DNA of 64,000 nt from an uncultured Chloroflexia bacterium (GTDB taxonomy: Bacteria; Chloroflexota; Limnocylindria; Limnocylindrales; CSP1-4). A model generated the notes under the pieces. The model was given only the letters and a program-made list of their open reading frames with translations, did no database searches and was not told the DNA's origin. The position numbers and the translations under genes were made by a program. The stretch covers positions 96,001 through 160,000 of the forward strand of contig CAVVNQ010000015.1 of assembly GCA_963749705.1 (NCBI GenBank), in the 5' to 3' direction. Positions within the stretch are counted from its first letter, which is position 1. Each line of letters opens with the position of its first letter. Positions 23,354 to 33,662 of the stretch are shown in pieces.

Positions 23354-24478
23354 TCAGCGAGGCGCGACGCTCACCTCGCTCGCCCCGCCCAGGACCTCGA
23401 TCTCGTACCGGTCCGGCTGTTCGGCGAAGCCCTCGCCTACGAACCGCTGGTCGCCACCGACCGTGGACCGCCGCTGCGAATCGAGCCGGACCCGCGACAC
23501 CCCGCCGGCGACCCGCAGCGCCACCGGGACCGCACCGGGCCGCCGGAAGCTGGCGCTGCTGACCACGCCGCCGATCCGCACCGAGGCCGTCCCCGAGGGC
23601 ACCGGCAGGTCGAGCCGGATGTGGTTCGCACCGCCCGCGACGTCCAGCCGCTCCAGCGCGACGCCCTCCAGGGTGCCGGTCAGGTCGGTGATGCCGCCCT
23701 CGAGCTCGATGGTCCACGGGATCGATCCGTTGAGCTTCAGCTGCGCCCTGCGGGTCGAGAACGCGTCGATGGCCTGGCGCCGGTAGCGGACCGTGACGGT
23801 GCCGGCCGACGCGCGAACGTCCGGTCGCGGTCCACCGAAGGTCGCCACCACCAGCTCGCCGCTCGTGGTTGCGCCGCCGAACTGCAGGCGCGATGCGCTG
23901 GTCTCCATGATCATCCGCGCGTTCGCCCGTGGGCCGAGCGGCGCGACGTTGAGCGCGAGCCGTGGCGCACCCGATACGAACATGAGGCGGCCCCGGGTGA
24001 CCCCACCGAGCGGTGCCCGGAACTCGGCGCCCACGAAGCCGCCGCGGGCATCGGCGTTCAGCCTCGATGTCGCGTCGGCGACGAGCCGGCCGGCGGTCGC
24101 GATGAAGTCGGCGATTGCCGCTCGCTCGGGTGCCGGATGTGCGTCCAGGGCGCCCGCCAGGGCGGCGTCGAGCGGGGACACGAGGTCCAGCAGCCGGGTG
24201 GCCTGCGCCTCGACGGGGTGAACGCCGACGCTCCGCCGGTCGGCCGGATCGGGCCGGCGCGCCACGAACCCGGCCTTCTCGAGACGGTCGATGACGCCCG
24301 TGACGGCACCGGTGGTGAGCCCTGACAGGGTGGCCAGGCGACCGGGCGTCACGCCGGGCTCGGCGATGACCAGCTCGAGGCACCGCAGGTCCGTCGGGTT
24401 GACCCCGAGATGGGCCGCCAGCGCATCGTCGAACTCCGGGTTGCGGATCGCTTGACGGATGGCGTCGATGTCACTCAT
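23354..24478 (-). CDS. MarR-family regulator fused to a beta-repeat (LiaG/toast-rack-like) domain
   Basis: GVNPTDLRCL..LTTGAVTGVIDRLEKAGFV..DRR, followed by Gly-rich beta repeats (LEGGITDL, VAGGANHI, IGGVVS, VAGGVS). Confidence 0.8.
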   Translation of the reverse strand: MSDIDAIRQAIRNPEFDDALAAHLGVNPTDLRCLELVIAEPGVTPGRLATLSGLTTGAVTGVIDRLEKAGFVARRPDPADRRSVGVHPVEAQATRLLDLVSPLDAALAGALDAHPAPERAAIADFIATAGRLVADATSRLNADARGGFVGAEFRAPLGGVTRGRLMFVSGAPRLALNVAPLGPRANARMIMETSASRLQFGGATTSGELVVATFGGPRPDVRASAGTVTVRYRRQAIDAFSTRRAQLKLNGSIPWTIELEGGITDLTGTLEGVALERLDVAGGANHIRLDLPVPSGTASVRIGGVVSSASFRRPGAVPVALRVAGGVSRVRLDSQRRSTVGGDQRFVGEGFAEQPDRYEIEVLGGASEVSVAPR

Positions 24479-24486
24479 GATGGAAA

Positions 24487-24505
24487 TATCTTAGCACACG
24501 AGATA
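24487..24505. promoter_or_regulatory. Putative MarR operator
   Basis: TATCT-N9-AGATA in an AT-rich 42-bp divergent spacer. Confidence 0.5.
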
Positions 24506-24520
24506 CTTAGGAGAAGCCAG

Positions 24521-25513
24521 ATGTCTGGTGGCGATCATACACCGCCGCGCGGGGCGATCGAGGCGCGGGATCTCGTCAAGGTGTACCCGGGCGACATCCG
24601 GGCCGTCGACGGGATCAGCCTCGACGTCCAACCCGGATCCGTGTTCGGGCTGCTCGGCCCGAACGGGGCAGGGAAGTCCACCGTGGTCAAGATCCTGTCG
24701 ACGCTGTCCCGGCCCACGTCGGGCGGCGCGTGGGTGGCCGGTCACGACGTGCTCCGCCATCCCGACCGCGTGCGCCGCTCGATCGGCGGGGTCGGGCAGC
24801 AGTCGGCGGTCGACGCCGATGCGACCGGCCGCGAGAACCTCCGGCTCCAGGGCCGCCTGTACGGCATCGATGGCCGGGAGCTGCGTGGCCGGATCGACAG
24901 CCTGCTCGAGCGGTTCGACCTCACGGATTCCGCGGACCGGCTGGTGAGCACCTGGTCGGGGGGCATGCGCCGCAAGCTCGATGTCGCGATGGGCCTGATC
25001 AATCGACCGAGCGTGCTGTTCCTGGATGAGCCGACCACGGGGCTCGATCCCGATGCGCGCGCCAGCCTGTGGGCGGAGATCGAGACGCTGTCGAGCGACG
25101 GGGGGATCGCCATCCTGCTCACGACCCACTACCTCGAGGAGGCCGATCGGCTGGCCGGGCGCCTTGCCATCATCGATCACGGCCGGGTCGTGGCCGAGGG
25201 CACACCCGACGCCATGAAGGCCGAGCTTCGCGGCGACGCGATCCACATCGACCTCGGTGAGGCAGGGGCCGCCGAGGGTGCCGCGACGCTCCTGGCGGGG
25301 ATCGACGGGATCGGCCGCCCGGTCATCGAGGGCGTGCGGATCTCCGCGCGCGCCGACGGGGCCGCGTCGCGGGTGCCCGCGGTGCTGTCCGTCCTCGAGG
25401 CTGCGGGCATCTCCGTCGCCGCCGTCACCGTCGCGCGCCCATCGCTCGACGACGTCTACCTGCGCCATACCGGCCGGTCGTTCCGGCCCGATGCCCTGGA
25501 GGCCACCCGATGA
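24521..25513 (+). CDS. DrrA-like ABC exporter ATPase
   Basis: GPNGAGKST, WSGGMRRKL and PSLDDVYL motifs. Confidence 0.92.
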   Translation: MSGGDHTPPRGAIEARDLVKVYPGDIRAVDGISLDVQPGSVFGLLGPNGAGKSTVVKILSTLSRPTSGGAWVAGHDVLRHPDRVRRSIGGVGQQSAVDADATGRENLRLQGRLYGIDGRELRGRIDSLLERFDLTDSADRLVSTWSGGMRRKLDVAMGLINRPSVLFLDEPTTGLDPDARASLWAEIETLSSDGGIAILLTTHYLEEADRLAGRLAIIDHGRVVAEGTPDAMKAELRGDAIHIDLGEAGAAEGAATLLAGIDGIGRPVIEGVRISARADGAASRVPAVLSVLEAAGISVAAVTVARPSLDDVYLRHTGRSFRPDALEATR

Positions 25514-26286
25514 CTGCCATCGCCCAGACCGCCTACGTCACCGAACGCCACCTGCGGTGGTTCATTCGCCAGCCATGGTTCGTCCTGATGGCGATCATCC
25601 AGCCCGTGATCTGGCTGCTCCTGTTCGGAGCGCTGTTCCAGAACGTGACCCGGATCCCGGGCTTCGCGTCGAGTGGCAGCTACCTCGACTATCTCGTCCC
25701 CGGGGTGCTCGTGATGACCGCCCTGTTCTCGTGCGGATGGAGCGGGATGTCGATCATCGAGGACCTCGACCGATCGATCGTCGACCGGATGCTGATCACG
25801 CCGATCCATCGGAGCGCGATCATCAGCGGCCTGACCATCTACCAGCTGGTGTCGCTGCTGATCCAGGCCGCGATCATCGGCGGCCTGGCGCTCCTGCTCG
25901 GCGCCCATTTCGACGGCGGCCTGCTGGGCTTCCTCGCGCTGACCGCGTGCGCGATGCTCGTCGGCGCCGCCGTCGCCTCGCTCTCGGACGCGATGGCGCT
26001 GGTCCTGCGCCAGCGCGAGTCCGTGATCGGGATCAACACCCTGATGACGCTGCCGCTCACGTTCCTGTCGGCCGGGTTCATGCCGCTGGCGCTGGCGCCC
26101 GACTGGATCCGGACGGTCGCCCAGGTCAACCCCGTGAACTGGGCCGTCGAGGCCGGCCGCGAGGCGATGACCGCGACGCCGGACTGGATGTTCGTGCTGC
26201 CGCGGATGGGGGCGCTGCTCGCGCTCGCGCTCCTGGCGACCGCCTGGGCGACGCGGACGTTCCGGTCCTACCAGCGGTCGATCTAG
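25510..26286 (+). CDS. DrrB-like ABC-2 permease
   Basis: QPVIWLLLFGALF, YLVPG and NPVNWAV motifs; ATGA overlap. Confidence 0.9.
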   Translation: MTAIAQTAYVTERHLRWFIRQPWFVLMAIIQPVIWLLLFGALFQNVTRIPGFASSGSYLDYLVPGVLVMTALFSCGWSGMSIIEDLDRSIVDRMLITPIHRSAIISGLTIYQLVSLLIQAAIIGGLALLLGAHFDGGLLGFLALTACAMLVGAAVASLSDAMALVLRQRESVIGINTLMTLPLTFLSAGFMPLALAPDWIRTVAQVNPVNWAVEAGREAMTATPDWMFVLPRMGALLALALLATAWATRTFRSYQRSI

Positions 26287-26352
26287 GCGCTCCGCGGCTG
26301 GGGTGCGCTTCGGCCGCCGCCAACCGGCCGCCGCCCCCGCTGGTCGCGTCGC

Positions 26353-27060
26353 TCAGGAGGGGCTCTTGGGCGAGAAGTAGTCCGGGCCGGGGGCTTCGAT
26401 CGTGCTGTCGTCCTCGGACCACTTGACGTCCGTGGTCACGGCGATGATCCCGGGGAGCATCTCGATCATCGGCTCGATCATGGCCGCCGTCGACCGGCGC
26501 CGCACGCGTCCCGTCACGGTGGCGATGCCGTCCACGACGTCGACCGTGAACCCCGCCGGATCCATCCACAGCGCGCGTACGAGCACCTCTTCGCGGATCG
26601 CCTCGGCCAGATCCTCGTCGGACCGCACGAAGGTCCTCACCACGTCCGCGCGGGTGACGATCCCCGCCAGGCGCCCGTCCTCGGTGACCGGCAGGCGGTT
26701 GACCTTGTGCTCCACCATCAGCGTCGCAGCGGCGTTGACCGGTCGCCCGGCGTCGATGGTGATCGCGGGGGTCGTCATCGCATCGCCGGCGGTTCGGGCC
26801 TCCACCTTGGCGAGCACCCGACGGGTCTCCTCGGACTCCCCGAAGATCCGCGCGAGCGGCCGGTGGTGGACGGCGCCGTGGTCCTGGTTCTTCATCAGGA
26901 GGTCGCCCTCGGACACGACGCCCAGGACCTTGCCGCCATCGTCCACGACGGGCAGGCCGCTGATCCGCCGGTCGATCAGCAGGCGGGCAACCTCCTTGAG
27001 CGGCGTTTCCGGTCGGACTGATTGGACCGGGTGGGTCATGATGTCTCGAACGGTCTTCAT
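26353..27060 (-). CDS. CBS-pair plus BON domain protein
   Basis: VRDIMT, ISGLPVVD, VNRLPV, GIVTRAD, then BON (VDVVDGIATVTG). Confidence 0.88.
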   Translation of the reverse strand: MKTVRDIMTHPVQSVRPETPLKEVARLLIDRRISGLPVVDDGGKVLGVVSEGDLLMKNQDHGAVHHRPLARIFGESEETRRVLAKVEARTAGDAMTTPAITIDAGRPVNAAATLMVEHKVNRLPVTEDGRLAGIVTRADVVRTFVRSDEDLAEAIREEVLVRALWMDPAGFTVDVVDGIATVTGRVRRRSTAAMIEPMIEMLPGIIAVTTDVKWSEDDSTIEAPGPDYFSPKSPS

Positions 27061-27234
27061 CGGCGGTGGGCTCCTGTAGCAGGGCGCGCCAGTCTCGCGT
27101 ACGTCGATGATCGGCCATCCGGCTGCCTCGATGCCAGAGGCAATTGGCGCGTGCCGGGGCAGGTCGACGACGATGCCCGATGACCTCCGGCCCTCCGGAT
27201 CACGCACGGGACGCAGTCAACGAGGGAGGTCTCC

Positions 27235-28431
27235 ATGGACGCCGACCCGGTCATCGAGATGCTTGGCCGCCCGGTTCGCCTGGCCGTCGTCGGCGGCGGG
27301 CCGGGCAGCTTCATCGGGGCGACGCACCGGAGGGCCGCACGGCTCGACGGTCGGTACACGCTCGTGGCGGGGGTGGTGTCGACCGATCCCGAGCGATCGC
27401 GCAAGGCTGCCGCAGGCATGGGGATCGATCCCGATCGCGCCTACACCGATGCGCTTGAGATGCTCGATGCAGAACGGGGACGCGAGGACGGTGCCGAGGT
27501 CGTCGCGATCATGACCCCCAACGACAGCCACCACCGCTATGCCGTTGCGGCCCTCGATCGTGGGTTCGACGTCATCTGCGACAAGCCGATGACCAACACG
27601 CTCGACGAGGCGCTGGATATCGTCCGCAGGGTCGAGGCAGCCGGGCTCGTCTTCTGCCTCACCCACAACTACACGGGCTACCCGATGGTGCGCCAGGCCC
27701 GCGCCCTGGTCGAGGACGGGCAGGTCGGGGAGATCCGGCTGGTCCAGGTCGAGTACGTGCAGGGCGGCAAGGCCGACGAATCGGATCCTGACCCGGCTGC
27801 CGGGCTACCGTGGCGCTACCACCCCGTGCGTGGCGGGCCGTCGCTCGTGATGGGCGACATCGGGACCCATGCCCACAACCTGGTCCGGTTCGTGACCGGT
27901 CTCGAGGTCGCCGAGGTCGCCGCCGAGATCGGCCACGTGATCCCGGAACGGCTGGTCGACGACTATGGCGGCGCCATGCTGCGCTTCGACAACGGCGCGC
28001 GCGGGACGTTCTGGGTCACGCAGACCGCGGCCGGAGTCGAGAACAGCCTGGGGATCCGCGTGTCGGGCACCAGGGGCAGCCTCGAGTGGCACCAGGAACG
28101 GCCGACGCGGCTGACCTTCAAGCCGCTGCAGGGACCGGTTCGCGTCTACACGCCCAACGGGCCCGGGGTGCTGCCGCCCTCGGCGCGGGCGTGCCGGATC
28201 GCCGCCGGGCACCCGGAGGGCTTCCACGAGGCCTTCGCCAACATCTACTCGGACGCTGCCGAGGCGATCGCCGCACGGCGGTCGGGCCGGGATCCCGATC
28301 CATTGGCCCTGTGGTTCCCCAACCAGCGCGACGGCGCCGTCGGGGTGCGCTTCGTCGAGGCCGCCGTTGCGTCGAGCCGTGCCAACGGCGCCTGGACCGA
28401 TGCCAGGCTGTCGCTCGAGGAGACATCGTGA
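27235..28431 (+). CDS. Gfo/Idh/MocA family oxidoreductase
   Basis: GGGPGSFIG, CDKP, DIGTHA and GHPEGF motifs. Confidence 0.92.
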   Translation: MDADPVIEMLGRPVRLAVVGGGPGSFIGATHRRAARLDGRYTLVAGVVSTDPERSRKAAAGMGIDPDRAYTDALEMLDAERGREDGAEVVAIMTPNDSHHRYAVAALDRGFDVICDKPMTNTLDEALDIVRRVEAAGLVFCLTHNYTGYPMVRQARALVEDGQVGEIRLVQVEYVQGGKADESDPDPAAGLPWRYHPVRGGPSLVMGDIGTHAHNLVRFVTGLEVAEVAAEIGHVIPERLVDDYGGAMLRFDNGARGTFWVTQTAAGVENSLGIRVSGTRGSLEWHQERPTRLTFKPLQGPVRVYTPNGPGVLPPSARACRIAAGHPEGFHEAFANIYSDAAEAIAARRSGRDPDPLALWFPNQRDGAVGVRFVEAAVASSRANGAWTDARLSLEETS

Positions 28432-28847
28432 TGCCTGCGCGAAGGGAGATCGGACATGCCGAGGCCCGCAACCTGGTCGCGATGGTCGCGGACCGGCTCG
28501 AGTCCAACGGACAGGGTGCTGCCGTTGCCATCGTCGACGCACACGGCGAGCTCGTCGCGTTCCTTCGCACCGACGGGTGTGGGCTGGCGTCGATCAACAT
28601 CGCCATCCACAAGGCGTTCACGGCGGCCCGGGAACGCGTCGAGTCCAGCGTGCTCGGCGAGCGGTCCCGAACCGAGGGGTTCCCGCTCACCAACTTCGGG
28701 GACGCTCGCTACGTGGGCTGGGGTGGCGGCGTCCCGATCCGCGTGGCCGGCGAGGTGATCGGCGCCATCGGGGTGAGCGGCCTGCCGGAAGCGGACGACG
28801 TCGAGCTCGCCCGCTGGGCGGCCGCCAGCGTGGCTGCCACGGGTTGA
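28431..28847 (+). CDS. GlcG/HbpS heme-binding family protein
   Basis: VAIVDAHG, AIHKAFTA and GGVPI..IGAIGVSG motifs. Confidence 0.88.
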   Translation: MPARREIGHAEARNLVAMVADRLESNGQGAAVAIVDAHGELVAFLRTDGCGLASINIAIHKAFTAARERVESSVLGERSRTEGFPLTNFGDARYVGWGGGVPIRVAGEVIGAIGVSGLPEADDVELARWAAASVAATG

Positions 28848-28881
28848 TCCGCGGCGGCGAACGGTCAGCGCCGCGGCCCGG

Positions 28882-29208
28882 CTACCGGACCGTTCCCGGC
28901 GCGTCGCTCGTCCGGCCACCCCGGGTCGGAGGCGCCAGCGCGACGTCCAGGTGTGCTCGCCAGTCGTCATTCTCGAGACCGGTACGGACGAGCACGTCCC
29001 GCCAGTCGATCTCTGCCGCCGCCGCCGCTTCGATCAGTCGATCAATGTCGCCGTCGGCGATGATCACCAGCGCGCCGCAGATCCGCTCGTCACCGTCGGG
29101 CGAGGTCCCGCCGAGCTCGAGGTCGGCCAGGAGGTCGACGGCCTGCGCGACGTATACGCCCTGGAAGTCGCGGGCGATCCGGCCGGCAACGCGCTGCGAA
29201 ACGAGCAT
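28882..29208 (-). CDS. Hypothetical protein
   Basis: Protein-like composition (ERICGALV..DWRDVL); TAGATT 5 nt upstream of the ATG. Confidence 0.65.
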   Translation of the reverse strand: MLVSQRVAGRIARDFQGVYVAQAVDLLADLELGGTSPDGDERICGALVIIADGDIDRLIEAAAAAEIDWRDVLVRTGLENDDWRAHLDVALAPPTRGGRTSDAPGTVR

Positions 29209-29216
29209 CCGGGAAT

Positions 29217-30107
29217 CTAGTCCACGGGAGCGGCCGCGACCGACGCCTGGGGCGTCATACGCGCATACGCGACGAGCGCGAGCAGCGCCGCGAGGCAACC
29301 CAGGAACGAGTTGATGGTCACGGTCGGCACGAACAGGACATTCGACTGCGTCGATGTCGCGACGATCGTCGCCAGCAGCGTGAGGAGTCGCGAGAGCACG
29401 CCGATGGGCAGCGCCACCGCGAGGAGCCCCCAGAACGCCGGCGGCGCGTCCGACTCCAGCCACGCGGCAGCCGGCACCCATACCGCGACCGCGGCGGCCG
29501 ACGGGACGATGATCATCAGGGTGGTGTCGTAGGCGTCGACCGTGGCGGACCCCGATCCGATCAGGTGGGAAGCAACGCCGATCCCCACGTACACCGCGAC
29601 GATGGTGGCAAGCACCGGCAGCCGGATCGGCCCGGTTCGCAGCCGCAGCAGCCCGAGCCCGATCAGGACGCCGCCCGCAGGCAATAGCCATGGCCCCGCG
29701 AGACCGACGGCGCTCCGTGTCCCGTCGTCGTTCTGGATCATCGGCCACAGTTGGTTCAGGGCCAGGACCAGCCGGTCAACGGCGACCAGCGCGAGTCCCA
29801 AGAGGAGCACGGTATCGGTCCGGAGCGCCTCGTGGGCCCGCCACAGGAGGGCCGCGGGCAGCGCAACGATGACGGCCGCCTCGACCGCCGACAGCAGGAT
29901 CGTGGGGACGATGTCGAGCGGGGCTCCGCCGAGCGCGCGCAGACGGACGACACCGACGAACAGGGCGACCGCGACGAACACCCACCCCAGCGGTGGCAAT
30001 CCCAGCCGGGCGAGGTCGATCGCCGGCCACGATCCGACGGCGTCCGTTGGGGTGTCAGGATCGTCAGCCACCGATGGCGCGATGTCGGTGTTCACATCGC
30101 GGATCAT
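29217..30107 (-). CDS. Hypothetical multi-TM membrane protein
   Basis: About 8 hydrophobic segments; start codon uncertain. Confidence 0.7.
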   Translation of the reverse strand: MIRDVNTDIAPSVADDPDTPTDAVGSWPAIDLARLGLPPLGWVFVAVALFVGVVRLRALGGAPLDIVPTILLSAVEAAVIVALPAALLWRAHEALRTDTVLLLGLALVAVDRLVLALNQLWPMIQNDDGTRSAVGLAGPWLLPAGGVLIGLGLLRLRTGPIRLPVLATIVAVYVGIGVASHLIGSGSATVDAYDTTLMIIVPSAAAVAVWVPAAAWLESDAPPAFWGLLAVALPIGVLSRLLTLLATIVATSTQSNVLFVPTVTINSFLGCLAALLALVAYARMTPQASVAAAPVD

Positions 30108-30257
30108 CGCCCCGCCAACCCGCCTGTCAAGGGTCACCGGACCTGCGTTCCTCGTCCGCGGGCCGGGCAGAAATTCGGGGGCTGTATGGCGCTGAGCCGG
30201 CGTCCGCTCGGCTCAGCCGGATGCGACCGGAGTCGGTCGGGCAAGCGGCAGGTCGGT

Positions 30258-30911
30258 CTACGCCTTGACCCCGACCCCGATCGGGCACGCGATCCCGGTC
30301 GCCGTGTGGCAGTCGTACCCGTCCGGGTTCTTTGCCAGGTACTGCTGGTGGTAGTCCTCGGCGAAGTAGAGCTCCGGCGCCTCGACGATCTCGGTCGTGA
30401 TCGCCCCGTGGCCGGCCTTCGCGAGCTCGCCCGCGTACAGGTCGCGTGAGGCGGTTGCCGCGGCCAGCTGCGCGGGCCCGTGTGCGTAGATCGCGGAGCG
30501 GTACTGCGTGCCGACGTCGTTGCCCTGACGGTAGCCCTGGGTCGGGTCGTGCGACTCCCAGAACGTCTTGAGCAGGTGCTCGTAGGACACGACCGACGGA
30601 TCGAACACGACCCGGACGACCTCGGCATGACCGGTGTGCCCGGTGCAGACCTCGCGGTATGTCGGGTTCGGCGTGGCGCCGCCCTGGTAGCCGACGAGCG
30701 TGACCCACACCCCGGGGATCGACCAGAACTTCTTCTCGGCGCCCCAGAAGCAGCCCATCGCGAAATCGGCGACCTCGAACCCGTCGGGGTAGGGGGGCGC
30801 CAGCGGATGGCCGTTCACGAAATGGGTGCCGGGCTGGACGATGGGATCGGCGCGCCCCGAAAGGACCTCGTCGGCACGCGGCATGGATGGCTTGTGGAAC
30901 AGGAACTGCAT
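30258..30911 (-). CDS. msrA: Peptide-methionine (S)-S-oxide reductase
   Basis: [20 protein letters not shown] and AEDYHQQY motifs; GGAGG RBS. Confidence 0.97.
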   Translation of the reverse strand: MQFLFHKPSMPRADEVLSGRADPIVQPGTHFVNGHPLAPPYPDGFEVADFAMGCFWGAEKKFWSIPGVWVTLVGYQGGATPNPTYREVCTGHTGHAEVVRVVFDPSVVSYEHLLKTFWESHDPTQGYRQGNDVGTQYRSAIYAHGPAQLAAATASRDLYAGELAKAGHGAITTEIVEAPELYFAEDYHQQYLAKNPDGYDCHTATGIACPIGVGVKA

Positions 30912-30992
30912 GGGACCTCCGTGTGCTCCAGAGTCTACGGCCGCCCGGTGACGGATCGGTGACCAGGGCCGGAGCGGCCACACGGATGATCG

Positions 30993-31568
30993 TCAGCCGG
31001 CGCGCAGCTCCGCGGGCGGCCGCTCGCGCTCGTCCTCGTCGGTGGCGAAGAAGTCAGCGGGCAGCCAGCCGAACACGCCCGCGAACAGCTTCGCCGGCAC
31101 CTGCGCAATGCGCGTGTTGTAGCGGTACACCTGGTCGTTGTAGAGCTCGCGCCGGTCCGCGATCACGTCCTCGAGCCGGGCGATCTCCGTCTGCAGAGCC
31201 CGGACGTTGGCGGCGGACTTCACCTCCGGGTAGCGCTCGACGACGGCGAACAGGTGGCGGACCGCCGAGCTGGTTGCGGCGCTGGTCGCCGCCTGGCGCG
31301 GGATCGGGTCCCGGTCCGAGTAGGCGGCCCGCCGCTCGGCGACCTCGCGCAGAACGTCCTGCTCGAAGGCCATGACGTCGCGGACGGCCTCGACGAGGTT
31401 CGGCAGCTCGTCGTAGCGCTGCTTGAGCGAGACATCGATGTTGGCCCATGCCTTCTCGATCCGCAGCTTGAGCGCGACGATCGCGTTGTACGTCGTCACA
31501 CCGAGAAACCCCACGATGACGGCGAGCAGCGCGACGGCGAACAGGGCAGCGACGGCGGACGAGCTCAT
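30993..31568 (-). CDS. lemA: LemA family protein
   Basis: N-terminal TM; YN..WANIDVSLKQRYDELPNLV and ERYPEVKS motifs. An alternative start is at 31589. Confidence 0.92.
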   Translation of the reverse strand: MSSSAVAALFAVALLAVIVGFLGVTTYNAIVALKLRIEKAWANIDVSLKQRYDELPNLVEAVRDVMAFEQDVLREVAERRAAYSDRDPIPRQAATSAATSSAVRHLFAVVERYPEVKSAANVRALQTEIARLEDVIADRRELYNDQVYRYNTRIAQVPAKLFAGVFGWLPADFFATDEDERERPPAELRAG

Positions 31569-31625
31569 GGTCGGACCATCATCGGCCATGGGACGGCGCG
31601 CGACACGCTCACTCGCCCGACACGC

Positions 31626-32699
31626 TCAGGCGCCCGACAGCAGGGTCGCCGCCGCCACCGCCGAGCCGATCGCCAGGAGCGCGCCCAGGAGCCCCACGAG
31701 GAACTGTCCCTCCTGCCGCTCGGCGGCTTCCCCCGGTTGCCCGAAGGCGACGAGCAGCGGTCGGTCGGGCATCGTCGCGATCACGAGGAGGTCGGGCTCG
31801 AGATCGAACGTCCGGCCGATCGTCGCGGCCTCGTCTGCGCCGGCGAGCTCCGGCGGACTGGCCCGAGCATCGAGCTCTGGCTCGATCACCGGCCGGCCCA
31901 CCCCGAACCCCGGGATCGCCGCGTTGCCCCAGGCCTCCTCGGGGGTGAGCAGCTCGCCGGCGGCCCGTGCCTCGGCGATCTCGGCCGCGACCGTCGGATC
32001 CTCGAGGCCCACGCTCGGGTCGTCCCAGTGGTCGAGCAGGTCCGCGCCGTTGGGGTCCTCGAGGTGACCGAACGGGAGCGCGGTGCCGACCACGGTCACG
32101 ACGTCGCCCGGCTCGAGCCTCGCCTCACGATACCGGCGGGCGTTCGATCCGCCGAGCAGGGACGCGGTCACCACGCCGCGGAGTGCCGACTCGGGATCGG
32201 GACGGTGCACGGTCAGCAGCTCGGCGATCGCGGCCTCCCGGTCGCCCGCCATGCCGCTGCCGAAGACCGGCCCGGTTCGCATCTCGAGGCCGGGCGGCGT
32301 CTCGCCGAACGTCCCGGTACGGTCGTCGAAGCGATCGGGGGCGTCGACCCGGGCGCCGCGCGGGAAGACCCGGATCGTTCCCGAGCCGTCCCGCACCCGG
32401 AAGCCGACCCCGCGCTCCTCCTTGAACGCGTCGTCGCGGCCTCGACCCCCGGACGAGACGCTGGCTCGATACCAGACGCACTCGCGGCTCTGGAGCGGGG
32501 AGCGGAGGGTCACCTCGGCGGGCTCGATCGTGCCCGAGACGAGCACCTCGCCCGCGGCCAGACCGGCGATCCGCGAGGTCGACGTATCGCCGATGCGCAC
32601 GGCCGATTGGAAGCCTCCGAACCCTCGCCACAGCAGCGCGAGGCCGCCGGCGATGCCGGCGGCGGTCAGCGCGAGGAGGGATGGATCAGGGGTGGCCAC
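31626..32699 (-). CDS. GIDE-like membrane protein (LemA-associated)
   Basis: Terminal TMs; IGDTSTSRI..GEVLVSG..SPL..CVWY, FRVRDGSG and YREARLEPGDVVTVVG. Confidence 0.65.
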   Translation of the reverse strand: MATPDPSLLALTAAGIAGGLALLWRGFGGFQSAVRIGDTSTSRIAGLAAGEVLVSGTIEPAEVTLRSPLQSRECVWYRASVSSGGRGRDDAFKEERGVGFRVRDGSGTIRVFPRGARVDAPDRFDDRTGTFGETPPGLEMRTGPVFGSGMAGDREAAIAELLTVHRPDPESALRGVVTASLLGGSNARRYREARLEPGDVVTVVGTALPFGHLEDPNGADLLDHWDDPSVGLEDPTVAAEIAEARAAGELLTPEEAWGNAAIPGFGVGRPVIEPELDARASPPELAGADEAATIGRTFDLEPDLLVIATMPDRPLLVAFGQPGEAAERQEGQFLVGLLGALLAIGSAVAAATLLSGA

Positions 32700-32804
32700 G
32701 GGACGCGATGATGCCCTATCCGGAGTGCCAGCTGCCCGGCGTCCGGGTCCTGCGCCTCGCCGCGATCATCGGACACGCAGTGCGTCCGCTAGTTCGTGCC
32801 GGGA

Positions 32805-33662
32805 TCAGGCCTTGAGCGGCTGGCCGGGCTCGTCCATCGGAGCGGGTTCCTCGCGACGGAGCCAGCGGCCGAGTCCTGCGAGCCCGATGGCCAGGATCGT
32901 GGCTCCCGTGGTGATGCCCGCCAGGTTCTCGACCCAGTAATCGCCCCAAAGGCCGCTGTACACGAGCAGCGAACCGTCGATGCCCCGCAGCAGCGCCCAG
33001 ATCCCCGCCCCCGCGGCAAGCCCGCCCCCGAAGGCGATCGTGGGCAATCGCGGAGCGAGGTCGCGATCGAGCATGGCCAGTGCCGCCACGGCGGTTCCGA
33101 CCAGCATGAGCAGGCCCCAGCCGACGAACACGGCCGCGATGACGCTGGCCACGACGCCGGCTGCGACCAGCAATGGACCCGCCGTTCCCGCGGCGCCCAA
33201 CCCGCCGTGGCGCTGGTTGAGCGCCACCATCACGGTCATGGTCAGGATGCCGGCAGCGAACAGCGCCACGTACCCGATGCCATAGACGATCCCGGACAGG
33301 TTCCGCTCGACATCACCGCGCGGTGGCAGGAAGCCCGCCGGCCACCATGTCAGCGGGACGAGCAGCCAGCACGCGGCGCCAACCAGGGCCAGGATGCCCG
33401 CGGTCCGCGTGAACTTCGTCGGCACGATCAACCCTCCATTTGGTGCCGCGGCAAACGCAAGCGCGACGAGCTCCGGATTTCCGAAGTGGTCCAGCGCCCG
33501 CCCCTGGGCGACGTCGGTTCCGTCACCCAGAGCCTCGTATCGCTCGGCGGCGGAGATGAGGTGGTCGGCAGCCTCGGCAACGACATCGTCGACATCCGGC
33601 CGCCAGCGCATCCTGCGGCGCAGCTCGCCGAGATAGGCCTCGATCAGGACGTACCGGGCCAT
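32805..33662 (-). CDS. Membrane protein with N-terminal HAAS-like domain
   Basis: IEAYLGELRRRM..EAADHL..ALDHFGNPELVA followed by ~6 TM; downstream of padR. Confidence 0.75.
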   Translation of the reverse strand: MARYVLIEAYLGELRRRMRWRPDVDDVVAEAADHLISAAERYEALGDGTDVAQGRALDHFGNPELVALAFAAAPNGGLIVPTKFTRTAGILALVGAACWLLVPLTWWPAGFLPPRGDVERNLSGIVYGIGYVALFAAGILTMTVMVALNQRHGGLGAAGTAGPLLVAAGVVASVIAAVFVGWGLLMLVGTAVAALAMLDRDLAPRLPTIAFGGGLAAGAGIWALLRGIDGSLLVYSGLWGDYWVENLAGITTGATILAIGLAGLGRWLRREEPAPMDEPGQPLKA

